In this document: piece by piece, positions 1 through 11,068 of the stretch | How the letters are laid out: each line of letters begins with the position of its first letter | Numbering within the stretch: position 1 is the first letter of the stretch | Source: Naegleria gruberi | Taxonomy: Eukaryota | Assembly (NCBI GenBank): GCA_000004985.1 | Contig: GG738908.1 | Strand: one strand, 5' to 3' | DNA: 64,000 nucleotides | Made by a program: the position numbers and the translations under genes | The notes under the pieces: model-generated | Seen by the model: only the letters and a program-made list of their open reading frames with translations | Told to the model about the DNA's origin: nothing | Database searches by the model: none

Positions 1-699
1 ACAGGAAGTGTTCATATCAATATTCCAATTCCATCCTATATTGCACCAATCAGTTCAAGAACCAATCAAACATTCAGATGCAGTTTGACTCTTGATTTTA
101 CAAATTTTGAAACTGAATCAAGTTGTAAATTTATCAAGACATCTTTCCAATTATTGACAGATATCAAAGCAAGTGAACAAACTCTTATTGTCCATTGTTT
201 GTGTGATTTATCCTCTCTTTCCAACCTCATGAACAATTCAATGGTTGGAATAACTGCTGATTACCTTGAACAAACTCTTCCTCTTCCTGAAAAGTCAACC
301 ACTCAAAACAGTGACAATAACAATAATGGTAATAACGATAATAATAACAATAACAGTAATGGAAATAGTAATGATAGTTCTGCAGCTGCAGCTGTGGTGA
401 TTCTCATCCCAGTTCTCTTGTGTTGTGTCTGCTTTATCACAATTCCAATTGTTGTTGGTTTCATTATCGTGAGAGAGAAGAGAAAGCAACAGCAAAACAC
501 TCCAAATGTTGCACCACCAATGCCTGCCAACACTCGACCACAATATGATAGAGTAATGACTAATTCAACCAATAGCTCAGGTTCTCCATTTGATCAATTT
601 GGAAGAGTCAATTCGAATTTCAATCAACCATCTAGTAATAATATTGCAATGACAACATATTCTGAAACTAATTTGGGTCACAAACCTACAACTATATAA
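1..699 (+). CDS. 5'-partial single-pass membrane protein with an Asn-rich ectodomain and a basic cytoplasmic tail
   Basis: The frame is open from window position 1 and the listed M at 85 is a TTG. A hydrophobic 25-30 aa helix (AAAAVVILIPVLLCCVCFITIPIVVGFIIV) is followed by REKRKQQQ. No recognisable catalytic domain. Confidence 0.4.
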   Translation, partial: TGSVHINIPIPSYIAPISSRTNQTFRCSLTLDFTNFETESSCKFIKTSFQLLTDIKASEQTLIVHCLCDLSSLSNLMNNSMVGITADYLEQTLPLPEKSTTQNSDNNNNGNNDNNNNNSNGNSNDSSAAAAVVILIPVLLCCVCFITIPIVVGFIIVREKRKQQQNTPNVAPPMPANTRPQYDRVMTNSTNSSGSPFDQFGRVNSNFNQPSSNNIAMTTYSETNLGHKPTTI

Positions 700-849
700 A
701 TAAATTGACCTCGTTTGTCGAATTATTTATATCTTGTTCGTGATTACCATCTAAAGTAACGAATTTTGTAAATTTCACGTTTGAAGAAATCACGTTATTT
801 TCACGTTTAATAGGAATGGATACACATTCTTCGTAACAAACAAACAAAA

Positions 850-1575
850 ATGAATCCAAACCCACAGCTACCCAATCAAATTGAGCCAATGGTCCATTCT
901 ACAAACCCCCAGTTATCAAACTCGAATCAATCGTTAGAAATGAATGAAATGTTAAATCTTTTCGAAGAACCTAACCCCATTCCAATAATTACAGTTGAAC
1001 AAGTTGATCCAAAAAGCAAGGTTACATCTCACAACTTTAGAACTCTGTTGAGAATAAGTGTACAGGTAAATGGAAAATACGTTCCCTTCAAGCCAACACA
1101 TATTGGGCTAATAACAGCAAAAAGGAATCCAACCATTAGTTTTTTTCTTGATGCAGATCTTCCAACTATTGCAACGCTCAAATGGGAAAGATTTGGAGCA
1201 AAGTGTTACAAAAAAAGTTGTAAAGGAAGATATCTAGTTGTTTTAGAGGTTGTCAATGGTTTAGAAGAAACTCAACACTTTGGTTTGATAGTACATGTTG
1301 GAAGAACCAATCAGAAAGGATGCTTCAGTACGAAAGATCTTCCATTCTTCAAATATTCATGGTTTGAAATAAGAGATGTTGCTTCATTTGTTGATGAAAC
1401 AAATCCACAATTGATTTACTTGTGGGATGAGAGTTTTCTATCTCAAAACCAAAGAGTTTCGTATTTTGAAGTTAAGAAGGACAATGTGGTTGACGATGAA
1501 ATGGTGCCACAAATCAAAAGAAAAGAAATGTGTAGTGAAGAAACTATTCCAAAAAGAAAAAAGACAAAAGTTTAA
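850..1575 (+). CDS. hypothetical protein with a basic C-terminal KRKK-type tail (possibly nuclear)
   Basis: ATG at 850 opens a 241-aa ORF of non-repetitive composition with a C-terminal PKRKKTKV. No family recognised. Confidence 0.45.
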   Translation: MNPNPQLPNQIEPMVHSTNPQLSNSNQSLEMNEMLNLFEEPNPIPIITVEQVDPKSKVTSHNFRTLLRISVQVNGKYVPFKPTHIGLITAKRNPTISFFLDADLPTIATLKWERFGAKCYKKSCKGRYLVVLEVVNGLEETQHFGLIVHVGRTNQKGCFSTKDLPFFKYSWFEIRDVASFVDETNPQLIYLWDESFLSQNQRVSYFEVKKDNVVDDEMVPQIKRKEMCSEETIPKRKKTKV

Positions 1576-2516
1576 TCTTCATTCTCATCATCCTCTTCTT
1601 CTTCTTCTTCTTCATTATTATCGGATGAACAAAGTTTGAACGAATTTGATATCCAATTATCAACCCCAAGTTTTTCAATAAATTTCTCAATCCATTCTCC
1701 TGGTGTTTTATCAGCTTCCAATAAGGTACTGTTGAGTAGTTTTGTTACTGCATCAATATTGGCACTGTTGGTTGAAACTATTTCATCAATTATATCACCC
1801 TTAGATGTTATCCAATACACATCTATTAATGTACTATCAACATATTCACTCTCTCCGCGTTTTGACTCATATTCACTCTTGATTGAAAAGTAAAACTTTG
1901 TTGGTTTGTCCATCGAATAATAAACTCCAATAACTTCTGTTGGAGCATCTGTAACCGTTTCACATTCTTGTGCATTATATCCTTCATAGGATTTCACTTT
2001 AATTGGAATTTCAATTGGCCATTCAATGTAGTAAATCTGTTTTTTAAAACTCAACTCATACTCTTGTCTAGAAATATCAATTTCACTTCCTCCTCCAGTG
2101 CCAACTTCAATCATCACTGGCTTAATTCCACAATATTTCTCAAAATCTCTAATTCTTCCCAATAAATATGCATTATGTAAATTGAAATCATAAACAACTT
2201 GTGGAAACAACTCTCCAAACAATGCACGCCAATACTCATCATGATGAAAAATAAATTTCGACCACTTTTTAAAGAATAACAAATTTCCGAGAGACAAAAT
2301 TTCAAAACGATCCAAGAAGGATAGTATCATGCCAATCATTTCATCTGGTAAATTATTCAACTTGTAAAGCATTCGGGTCGAATATTCGTGTTTGAGATGG
2401 GAAATTAGATCTACAAGTTCATCGTTGGTGAGTGAAGATAATTTCTCCTTCTTGCATAAATTTTCAGTAAAATCTGCGGTAGTGCTATCGTGTTTTCGTT
2501 TCATTTTTTTTGTCAA
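1572..2516 (-). CDS. F-box domain protein with an acidic C-terminal tail
   Basis: ATG at 2516. The N-terminus has the F-box signature LPDEMIGMILSFLDRFEILSLGNLLFFKKW and the C-terminus is poly-Glu/Asp. Confidence 0.55.
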   Translation of the reverse strand: MTKKMKRKHDSTTADFTENLCKKEKLSSLTNDELVDLISHLKHEYSTRMLYKLNNLPDEMIGMILSFLDRFEILSLGNLLFFKKWSKFIFHHDEYWRALFGELFPQVVYDFNLHNAYLLGRIRDFEKYCGIKPVMIEVGTGGGSEIDISRQEYELSFKKQIYYIEWPIEIPIKVKSYEGYNAQECETVTDAPTEVIGVYYSMDKPTKFYFSIKSEYESKRGESEYVDSTLIDVYWITSKGDIIDEIVSTNSANIDAVTKLLNSTLLEADKTPGEWIEKFIEKLGVDNWISNSFKLCSSDNNEEEEEEEDDENED

Positions 2517-3034
2517 TCTAGATTTTGCTGTATTTTAAATCTTGTAAACTGAAGAATATTAATAAGGCAAATAAAGCCTTTTATAAATTGTGTGTCTTTA
2601 ATTGGACAAATTGCCGGCTAGTAGAATTGAAATTTTGTCAGTGCTCTCTTCCGAAAAGCCATCATTATTATGTTTTTAAATGTCTTGTTTAATTTTCTGA
2701 TATCCGATATGAATAATGTATTCATTGATGAAGGATTTTGTATTATTTGTTATCCATAGTTCAATTTCATCATGTTTAACAAATGATGTAATAACAACCA
2801 GAGTTTCAAAATCTTCAAGTGTTGTTGAGTTTGTGAGAAGAGAATCCGAACCAGCAAGAACTTTTGACGAGTTTTAATAAGTCAACAGCCATCATACACC
2901 CAAGTGCGTCATCTGTGATTGGACCTTTATCAATTCCATGTCTGTGCAACGAATTCCGGTTTCAAAAAAAAATTAAATTTCCACGTCCTCGAGAATTCGT
3001 CATCACGAACAAGTAGCAAAAATAATAATATAAC

Positions 3035-4843
3035 ATGGCTCCATCATCACCTTCTAATTCCTCTTCATCATCATCAGAAAATTCCTCCTCTCTATTTCTC
3101 TCTCTAAAAGCCAAACCAGAACCGAATTCACCATCAGTAAGTGAAGAATCATCACCTCTAGAACAAAGTACCAATTCTCAAGTATCAACCATCATACCTC
3201 CACAAAATAATAATAACAACACCAATTCGCAACAGCATAATACTTTACCATCGGCCACTACCACTAGTACGAGTGGTAGCAGCAGCAACAAATCATCGCC
3301 ATCACATGATGAAGCCACCTCTTCTTCACCTTCATCAACGAACACCAAACCTGGAAACTCGACCGTAAAGAAAGCGGTTGGTGTGAATTCTAATGCACAA
3401 GCTTCCTCCGGTTCTTCTTCAACAACAGTAATTCCTCAGCAGGTGTCGTCTTTAAACACAAGCACAACAAATACCTCAACTAGTGGTGTCCCAAACAAGC
3501 CAGTATTGATGCAATCAAAAAAGGCTATAAATCCACACCAGCCTATGAATGCTTATTTGCCACCTCAATTAATTCACCATCCACCTCAATTATTTGATCC
3601 AAACGGTGCAATGCCTTATCAACAACCTCCAGTGAGAGTTGCCAATGGCAGTGGCAAACAGCAAGTATATCCAGCAGGGATTCCTCAAGGAACAGTTCCT
3701 AATCCTCTCCATTATTCTTATACTTATCCAGGTGCTCATCCATCTATTATGCAATCACAACCTCCTACTGCCTTCTATCCTCCACCTCCTCCACATGGAT
3801 CTTCAATGGTTCATGATACAAATTCATTGTATGTGCCAATGATGCAACCTCATCCTACCCTTCCAAATTCCGAAGCTGAATCATCCGATGACAGTGAATA
3901 TTCCGAAAGTGACGATGAAGACCAATATACCATCGTAACAATGCAAAAACCAAGTCCCTATACAGAAATTAAGAAAAAGTATGAGGATCTCATGAAGTTA
4001 TACACTAAGGCATGTAAGGAATTGACAGTTGCACAAGCAGAAATATCAGAGCTAAAAAGAAAGAGAGATACGCCTGGTAGTAGAGGTGTTTTCAATCCAC
4101 CCACAAACACTGCCAGCACCAGTAGTGCACACACTGCTCTTTCGCCAGTAGCGAAAAAGAAGAAGACTGAGAGTCCAATTTTCGAACCTATCAGACGAAC
4201 TGAATTGATTCCATTGGGTGTTGATAAGACTGGTAATTCCCAAAGAAGCACCTCCTATCAACAATTGGAAACAAGCATAACTTCCCTTCCTCCACAAAAC
4301 ATGGTAATTGCACCAGTATCGCCATCTTCTGATTCTTCCTCCTCTGTTAGCTTGAATACTCTCGTTTACATTTACTATTATGATGGTGGATGTGATGGTC
4401 ATGGTTCAAGACAATTGAAAGCCAATGGTAAACGTATTTTTATCGACATTAACTGGGACGAGATTTTCAAATTCAGACAAGATGATTGCCTTCATATGTG
4501 CATCTTTGTTAATACTTCCACTGTTGATAAGGTTAAGGATTCTGACTTGATTGCCACTTTTAAGATTCTCAGATCAGATGGTGATAAAGTTAAAATCTCA
4601 AAGATTAGAGAAAACCTCAGAAGACTCAATCTCCAAAATCAATTCTCCCACATTGGTCATATCAAGTTCTTCATTCAAATCAGAGGAAATGATCAACTAT
4701 TTGATTATACTGACAAGATTTTGTTATACTCCAAAACCCAACACAATATTGCCAGTTTTGAACCATCCAATCAAAAGGAGTATAACGAGTTGTCCAAACT
4801 CTTCTATCAACCTGAGAGATTTACTGTTTTCAAGAAGGTATAA
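3035..4843 (+). CDS. Ser/Thr/Pro/Gln-rich protein with a short coiled coil and a globular C-terminal domain (hypothetical)
   Basis: ATG at 3035 opens a 602-aa ORF with long low-complexity S/T/N/P tracts. A central KKKYEDLMKLYTKACKELTVAQAEISELKRK coiled coil and a non-repetitive C-terminal ~170 aa follow. Confidence 0.5.
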   Translation: MAPSSPSNSSSSSSENSSSLFLSLKAKPEPNSPSVSEESSPLEQSTNSQVSTIIPPQNNNNNTNSQQHNTLPSATTTSTSGSSSNKSSPSHDEATSSSPSSTNTKPGNSTVKKAVGVNSNAQASSGSSSTTVIPQQVSSLNTSTTNTSTSGVPNKPVLMQSKKAINPHQPMNAYLPPQLIHHPPQLFDPNGAMPYQQPPVRVANGSGKQQVYPAGIPQGTVPNPLHYSYTYPGAHPSIMQSQPPTAFYPPPPPHGSSMVHDTNSLYVPMMQPHPTLPNSEAESSDDSEYSESDDEDQYTIVTMQKPSPYTEIKKKYEDLMKLYTKACKELTVAQAEISELKRKRDTPGSRGVFNPPTNTASTSSAHTALSPVAKKKKTESPIFEPIRRTELIPLGVDKTGNSQRSTSYQQLETSITSLPPQNMVIAPVSPSSDSSSSVSLNTLVYIYYYDGGCDGHGSRQLKANGKRIFIDINWDEIFKFRQDDCLHMCIFVNTSTVDKVKDSDLIATFKILRSDGDKVKISKIRENLRRLNLQNQFSHIGHIKFFIQIRGNDQLFDYTDKILLYSKTQHNIASFEPSNQKEYNELSKLFYQPERFTVFKKV

Positions 4844-5145
4844 ATGTAGTACAATGTGATGAGGATTCCATGTATTGGAGTTCTGAGTGGAGGAAATGTT
4901 CTTTGTAAATTTGAAGAGTTGTATGTTGGCCATATGTAAAAAGTGCAATAGATGATGACAAGTTGTACAAACAAAACAAGTAATTTACCATTTTTAAAAG
5001 TTTACATTTTTATTTTCAAATTCTTCCTAATTTTTCATTAACCAACAATATTAAAAAGAACAAAACAAGAACAAGTATCCATCTGTTCAGTTTCCAAATA
5101 ACTCCCATCCTATCCTTCAAGAATCGATAACAGTCAAAGTATAAC

Positions 5146-7017
5146 ATGTCGTTTCAAAAATTGAAAGGCTTCCTTAAAAAAATGAGGTTTCCAATCTTCA
5201 CCTCAGACTCTCTATCAACCTCAACGCCAACCTCACTCTCGAATCAGGACGGAACAATTGAAGAGGACTTGGAACGTTTCAGACAATTGAATTCAATTGA
5301 TAAACAAACGGGAGTAAATCAAGCAGCAGTAGTAGAAAATTCTCAAACCACTGCACAAGCACAACATCAACAACCTGCTACAGAGAATACATTAGAAAGC
5401 CTCACAGAGAACGTGCATCAACTCATGCAGAGTATCAAATTTCCACTGAAGAAAGTTGTGATAGGCACTCGGAGAACAACTCTAGTAATGTCTGATCCTA
5501 ATTCTGAATCAGATCGGTCGCTAATCCTTTCTATCTGTAGGTTTTCAATTCAATATCCTATTAATCAAATTAATCATATTAACTAAAGTCAATTTAATTA
5601 CTCTCAGAGGTGCTCAAATGGACATTCCGAACAATCAAGAATCTGAAATTACTCTGGAACAATTGTTTCATTGCCTTGAGAAGTCTTTCCTCGAATATAA
5701 TGTAAGTTTTCATATTGTAATACTGATTATTCTAATCATAACATTTTACAGCCAAAATTGAAACCTTGTAAAATAAGATCCCTCCTCCTAAGATTGTACA
5801 ATACTGGTACTGTTGATTTTACTGTTACTGGCTCCATAGATGGAATTGATAACGATTTGATAGATAAACTGCTCAAGTGGGTAAAGATTTACTTTGTACA
5901 TGGAACATTAATATCAGATAGCGATCCAATCTTTGATTCTCTGAAAGGGATGAAGTATTTCGACCTTATTAATCCCTCCAATAGAAACAAACACTCTAAG
6001 AAGGCAAAAGACATCCAGGAATTTCTCGATCGTCATTCAGATTTGAGTACAACTAAAGATGGACTCACTAAGCTTCACAATACAGAATCCATGAGACTGA
6101 AGATACTCCTCCACGAAGACAGATACTCTGTGATTGTGAATTATAAAGGTAGAGTGTATGAACTCATTGATTCTAACTATTTGGATAAGCATCCTACAAT
6201 TAAATCCAAATATGAACAAGTTAATGGATCGATACCTCCATTTGCAATTTGGGCAAAGTGGCCTCTGCATCACCCAACCGATAAAAGAATGTTGTGTGGA
6301 GGTGACTTTTTTGAGATTAGCCATCAATCAATTGAAGAAATAGTTCTGGATGATCCAAACCAATCTCAAATCACAAACACTGAAATTGATCCAACAGTTA
6401 TCACTTGCCCAATTTCCATGTGTTTGTTCTTTGATCCTGTAGTTGCAGCAGACAATGTCACATATGAGAAGGAGGTTTATAAGAAGTGGTGTGTGAAGAA
6501 GAATGAGGTGGTAAGCCCTGTAACTGGTCGAAGAATTACTACCAAGTTCACAAATGATGTGGTTATACGAAATAAGGTCCAGATATATCTTCAAAAGCAC
6601 ATTCATTTGAAGCTGTCAGAAGATTATTACATTCCAAGGTATGCTGTTGAAGCTTTTAGGAAGGCTGTTATTAGTGGAGCCACAGAAGATGCAGCCATTC
6701 TTTGTAAGGAAGATATTCGCTTGATAATTTTTAAACCAGATGAATTGAAGAACATTAATGAGGATATTGAAGTAGAAGACTCACTGTCAGGTTACAATCT
6801 TGCCTTCATGTACAATAATTGTCAATTACTGAACACTATGAAAGACATAATAACAGAGAATATGTATCTAGCTCTTCAACAAAACTCCACATCTACAGTA
6901 GAAATTCTCTCGTATCATCTGGATGCCATTGAAACAAAGATAAGCGACTTTAGGGAATGCAACAAGGTGAAACTGCAGGCAGAGGTCGCTATGGACCATA
7001 CCTTGATAAATGCTTAA
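5146..7017 (+). CDS. U-box domain E3 ubiquitin-ligase-like protein, 3 exons: join(5146..5540,5608..5701,5752..7017)
   Basis: Two short introns (5541-5607 GT..cag; 5702-5751 GTAAGT..cag) join three ORF pieces in phase. U-box motif VITCPISMCLFFDPVVAADNVTYEKEVYKKWCVKKNEVVSPVTGRRITTKFTNDVVIRNKVQIYLQKH. Confidence 0.6.
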
Positions 7018-7052
7018 GCACAGAATTTGATGACCTTCCTAAACTGGTGTAT

Positions 7053-7124
7053 GGGACCATGGTCTAGTGGTATGATTCTCGCTTTGGGTGCGAGAGGCCG
7101 TGGGTTCGATTCCCACTGGTCCCC
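7053..7124 (+). tRNA. tRNA-Pro (anticodon UGG)
   Basis: A 72-nt cloverleaf: acceptor GGGACCA/TGGTCCC, D-loop AGTGGTA, anticodon loop TTTGGGT, T-arm GTGGG-TTCGATT-CCCAC. Matches the eukaryotic tRNA-Pro consensus ...ATGATTCTCGCTTTGGGTGCGAGAGG.... Confidence 0.85.
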
Positions 7125-7323
7125 TTTGATTTTATTTTTGAAATTCAATACATTAAAATGAGAGTTATCGAAATATTTGAATGGATGTTTTGCTTCGAAA
7201 TACTTGCAAAACTATTTCGTTTTTATGATATTTCTACTCTAATAGAAATACCGCTAGTACAATTTTAATAATCTGTGTTGTGAGAATTCAACAAGGATTT
7301 ATAATTTTGTCTATAAATGTAAC

Positions 7324-7396
7324 GGGGTCATGGCGCAGTCGGTAGCGCGTAGGTCTCATAATCCTAAGGTCGTGAGTTCGATCCTCACTGACCCCA
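7324..7396 (+). tRNA. tRNA-Met elongator (anticodon CAU)
   Basis: A 73-nt cloverleaf: GGGGTCA...TGACCCC acceptor, anticodon loop CTCATAA, T-arm GTGAG-TTCGATC-CTCAC. Very close to the eukaryotic elongator tRNA-Met (GCGCAGT.GGTAGCGCGT.GGTCTCATAATC..AAGGTCGTGAGTTCGATCCTCAC). Confidence 0.85.
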
Positions 7397-7589
7397 ACTT
7401 TTGACCAATTTTAGGTTTTTTTCTTGCATTGGTCTAAGAGAGCATTATCTTTTGTTGCAGAAATTGTTCTATTGTCAAAATCGTAGATTTATTTTGGTTC
7501 GTTCTGAGAGATATCTTCTGCACATTATAGAAGAACTCTTTCACATTCGATCTAATTGCCAATTAATGGGTTAAACCCTCAATATACTT

Positions 7590-9050
7590 TTAAACAATTT
7601 CTGAAACCAATCTTGAAGACCTGTTTTGACACTCTGACAAACCTTCAGATAACAATTTGACCGATTTCAGCACAGAATCTATGGTATGACCATCCAGTTT
7701 GGATGGTGTGTATCCATTCATTAATTTTTGTGCTGCTTGTTTCTTCCTTCTTGATGCTTCTTCGTATTTTTTGAGAATTTGATCCTTTTCGTAGAGTTGT
7801 CGTTTCAAATCGTCAAGCTCACTTGTTAACTTTCCCATCTCTCGTTTATGTTGATGCCCGGTTTCTACTGCACCTCTAAGGTGATTGAGATCATTTTCAA
7901 GTTTTTCATTCTCTCGTTTGACTTTCTCTAGTGCTTCTTGAGAGACATGTTTCAATTCGTCAACAATTTTCTCTAGATCCGTCACGTTTTGATTATGCTT
8001 CTTTTCTTTTACTTTTGCATCTTCCTCCAAATGGAACACCTTGTCTTCCAATTCTCCGTTTACAGTTTCCATATCTTTAATCAAGTCGAGTGTTATTTTT
8101 TCCGAATTGTTAGAATCCTTAAGTTCCTCAATTAATTTATCAACTTCTTCTGAATGGTTCACTTCTGATTCTTTGAGTGTTCGCTTGAGTGTATCAACTT
8201 CCTCCCTCAACAGAAGAATTTTAGTATCTTGCTGTTGAACCATCAGCTCATATCGTTCAATTTCAGCATCATATTCTCTTTCCAATTCTTCGCTGCTCTT
8301 TTGGTATTTTACATAATTCTCACTCACAACCTCAAGATCTCTGTATGTTTCTAAATATTTTCTCTTAAAGAAGGAAGCTTCCTCACTTGGTGAATCAAAA
8401 GTTTTAGAGATGGAAAAGGTCAAATCCGACTCTTCATCCTGACTATTCGACCCAGATCCTTCCATTACATCCACATTTTCATTTTCAGAGCTCTCTTCAT
8501 CTGCAGCTTCTGCATATGCTCTTCGAACTGCTGATGAATTTTCTTCCAACAACATGTCATTAAATTCAACGCTATCCTCTTCCTGATTTCTGTTGATTCG
8601 TAATTTTAATTCATTCTCAATATCATCTTCATCCTCAGAAAGAGTTGGGCTATCTGAAAATGTTTTTGATCTTGGTGTCCTATTAACAATTGGTGATCTC
8701 GATATTGAGGGAGTTTGAGGAGTCTTATTGATCAAAATATTAAGTTCATCACAATTTCCAAGGTTTTGTAAAATACGAGGCGTTGATAGATGAGAATAAT
8801 TCGACAAGTTATCGTGATGAATACATGTGGTTGATGTTGTTGCAGTTGTGCTGTTTGTTTTCATCCTCTTGATACTATTATTACTACTGTTACTATTGTA
8901 CACGTCTGGAGAGGTTGAATCAGAGTCATCGTCTGTGTAGGACACTAGAGAGTCATCGTCTTCATTGATACTCGTTCGGATTTTTGATATTGGAGTTGTG
9001 TGATGATGAACCTTAGCGATTGTTGCTGTAGACATTGCTGATGGTGCCAT
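7590..9050 (-). CDS. long coiled-coil protein with a Ser/Thr-rich N-terminus (hypothetical)
   Basis: ATG at 9050 opens a 486-aa ORF. The C-terminal ~280 aa are heptad-rich, charged coiled coil (E/K/L). Confidence 0.5.
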   Translation of the reverse strand: MAPSAMSTATIAKVHHHTTPISKIRTSINEDDDSLVSYTDDDSDSTSPDVYNSNSSNNSIKRMKTNSTTATTSTTCIHHDNLSNYSHLSTPRILQNLGNCDELNILINKTPQTPSISRSPIVNRTPRSKTFSDSPTLSEDEDDIENELKLRINRNQEEDSVEFNDMLLEENSSAVRRAYAEAADEESSENENVDVMEGSGSNSQDEESDLTFSISKTFDSPSEEASFFKRKYLETYRDLEVVSENYVKYQKSSEELEREYDAEIERYELMVQQQDTKILLLREEVDTLKRTLKESEVNHSEEVDKLIEELKDSNNSEKITLDLIKDMETVNGELEDKVFHLEEDAKVKEKKHNQNVTDLEKIVDELKHVSQEALEKVKRENEKLENDLNHLRGAVETGHQHKREMGKLTSELDDLKRQLYEKDQILKKYEEASRRKKQAAQKLMNGYTPSKLDGHTIDSVLKSVKLLSEGLSECQNRSSRLVSEIV

Positions 9051-9340
9051 AAGGTGGTGATGATTAAGAAGTGTGGCGATGAAGATTTTTTACTGAAGAA
9101 TTTGATGAAATAACAATATTTTTCCAAGTATCTTATTATAGTCGTTTTTTTTTGAAAATGGCGCCAATTACTGGTATTGAAAAGTCTTGATTAATAAAGA
9201 GATAAGGCAATTCCAAAAATCATGTTAATAAATTGGGTTCATTTGATTGGAGTTTGAACAAAATTGTTGAATAGAATACTATTTTATACTTTTTATTTAC
9301 ATTATTGTCCTACTCAGTTAGGTTTTAATATTTGCATTAT

Positions 9341-11068
9341 CTAGTTAGAAAAAAAGGTGAGTATTTCTTCGTCATCATTATTTGTTAAAGGCAAGTCAAA
9401 CATTTGGATAGAATCTATAATTTCAGCCATTTCTTGGTGTTGCACTGACATGATATCGTCATCAGTTGGTAAATTAGTAAAATGGTGATGGTGATGCACT
9501 GGGAATTGGTTATTCAAATTGGTTTGGTGTTGTTGGGCTTGAACATGGAAATCTTCACTAAAGATTTCATCCATAGTTCTCTTGATAGCCCTGTTATCAT
9601 TAAATGATTGTTGAGAAGGAGCTTGGAAGTATTGCATGGTTGGCTGGTAGTTTTGTTGAGTTTGTTGTGGTTGGAAGGTTTGTCTAGTAAATTGCTTTTG
9701 ATAGTCATACTCAAACAAACGATTCTTCATGGCAGATCCCAGACTACTAATGCTCATATGGGCAGCTGTATTAGTTTGATTATTGTTTTGGAATTGGTTG
9801 GAGTTCCAAATGTTATTATTGGTATTGGTGTTCGAGAATTGTTGGTTGTTTTGTTGCATCATTACCATCATTGCCAATTGACTTGCTGATGGCTGATTGG
9901 ATGGTTGTTGTTGTTGTTGCTGTTGTTGTTGTTGGGATTGAACATTGGAAACACCAGAGAATGAATGTCTTTGTGGTTGGTTGAAATCGAGGCTTAATGG
10001 AACAGTACCTTGAGAAAGGATTCTAGTTGTACGATTCACATAGTTATTATTGTTTGGTGTTGTTATCGAAGGGATTTGTTGTTGTTGGTTATTTGGCATT
10101 TGGAATATGTTTTGTTTCTGACTTATGGTTTGACTCATCTTATTAGGGGAACCAACAACAGTAAACATATGTTTGGATTCTTCTTGTACACTAGGTCCCA
10201 TTTCTGTAAAAGTCTTTCTCAACTTGGTCTTGGATTCGCTTTGAGTTACATTAGAAGTAGATCTAACTCTCTTCTTCTTAGAGATTTGATCTGCATTTTC
10301 ATTTGATACTCGTCGAATGGTTGGACTTGTAAGAGTTTGTTCAATAACTTCAATATTGCTTTCATTGCTCTTAGTGGTTGGTTGTGTTACAATGGTTGAT
10401 GAATCAAATGCTTGGACACGATCAATAATTTGATCTATCAAATCATTATCAAGGGACTTTTGGAACATGTAGGCGTTTTCAATACCATACTTATTGTTAC
10501 CTTTACCCAATGAATTTCTCTTGGCCTTAATCATTAAAAAGTAGTGTTCTTCATTCTTAGTAACTTCTTCTGTAATAACAAAAGGCATTACAAATAATTT
10601 TACAGTACCGTTGCAGCCCTTACCGTGACTCTTAACTCTGAAAGCAACTTTTGGTGGTTGATTAGAATTGAGATTATTGGTCTTTGTATTTGTTGGATTG
10701 GCACGAGCACCGGTTGATGATATTACAGATACCCTATCATTCTTCTTTACAGAACTAAAAGTAATTGGGAGCATTTTCTTGATGAGGGTTTGAGCGGTAG
10801 CCATTGTACTTGAGAGGCCATCTTCAGCCAAGTACACACTAACACTTCTATCTGTGAGGATATCAAGCGAGTAATGTTCGACAGTCTTACCAAGAAGAGA
10901 AATTTCTACAGAGTTATTATTGATATCGGTACGTTTCTTGGTATAAAGTTGGAATGGTTGAAGAATTTTAGTGAGTTGGATTGATGTCGAATCAGCAGAC
11001 GTATTCTTATCGGTATTCGAAGAATTGATCATATCCTTCAAGAAGATTTCTTGTCTTTGGGAAGTCAT
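9341..11068 (-). CDS. Gln/Asn-rich putative nuclear regulator with a globular N-terminal domain (hypothetical)
   Basis: ATG at 11068 (the listed start at 11098 is a non-ATG codon). Poly-Q (QSQQQQQQQQQ) and N-rich tracts sit beside a compact domain (FRVKSHGKGCNGTVKLFVMPFVITEEV...). Confidence 0.5.
   Translation of the reverse strand: MTSQRQEIFLKDMINSSNTDKNTSADSTSIQLTKILQPFQLYTKKRTDINNNSVEISLLGKTVEHYSLDILTDRSVSVYLAEDGLSSTMATAQTLIKKMLPITFSSVKKNDRVSVISSTGARANPTNTKTNNLNSNQPPKVAFRVKSHGKGCNGTVKLFVMPFVITEEVTKNEEHYFLMIKAKRNSLGKGNNKYGIENAYMFQKSLDNDLIDQIIDRVQAFDSSTIVTQPTTKSNESNIEVIEQTLTSPTIRRVSNENADQISKKKRVRSTSNVTQSESKTKLRKTFTEMGPSVQEESKHMFTVVGSPNKMSQTISQKQNIFQMPNNQQQQIPSITTPNNNNYVNRTTRILSQGTVPLSLDFNQPQRHSFSGVSNVQSQQQQQQQQQQPSNQPSASQLAMMVMMQQNNQQFSNTNTNNNIWNSNQFQNNNQTNTAAHMSISSLGSAMKNRLFEYDYQKQFTRQTFQPQQTQQNYQPTMQYFQAPSQQSFNDNRAIKRTMDEIFSEDFHVQAQQHQTNLNNQFPVHHHHHFTNLPTDDDIMSVQHQEMAEIIDSIQMFDLPLTNNDDEEILTFFSN

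Noticed and set aside
295-572. Antisense small ORFs (295..543, 303..572) overlapping the Asn-rich tract of the first gene
   Set aside because: Low-complexity aat/aac repeats read open in several frames. These have no independent support and overlap a better plus-strand gene.
3035-4843. Microsatellite or simple-repeat annotation for the poly-Ser/Asn/Gln coding tracts (also at 9341-11068 and 31043-32947)
   Set aside because: They lie inside long intact ORFs with coding periodicity. They are treated as low-complexity protein regions, not separate repeat features.
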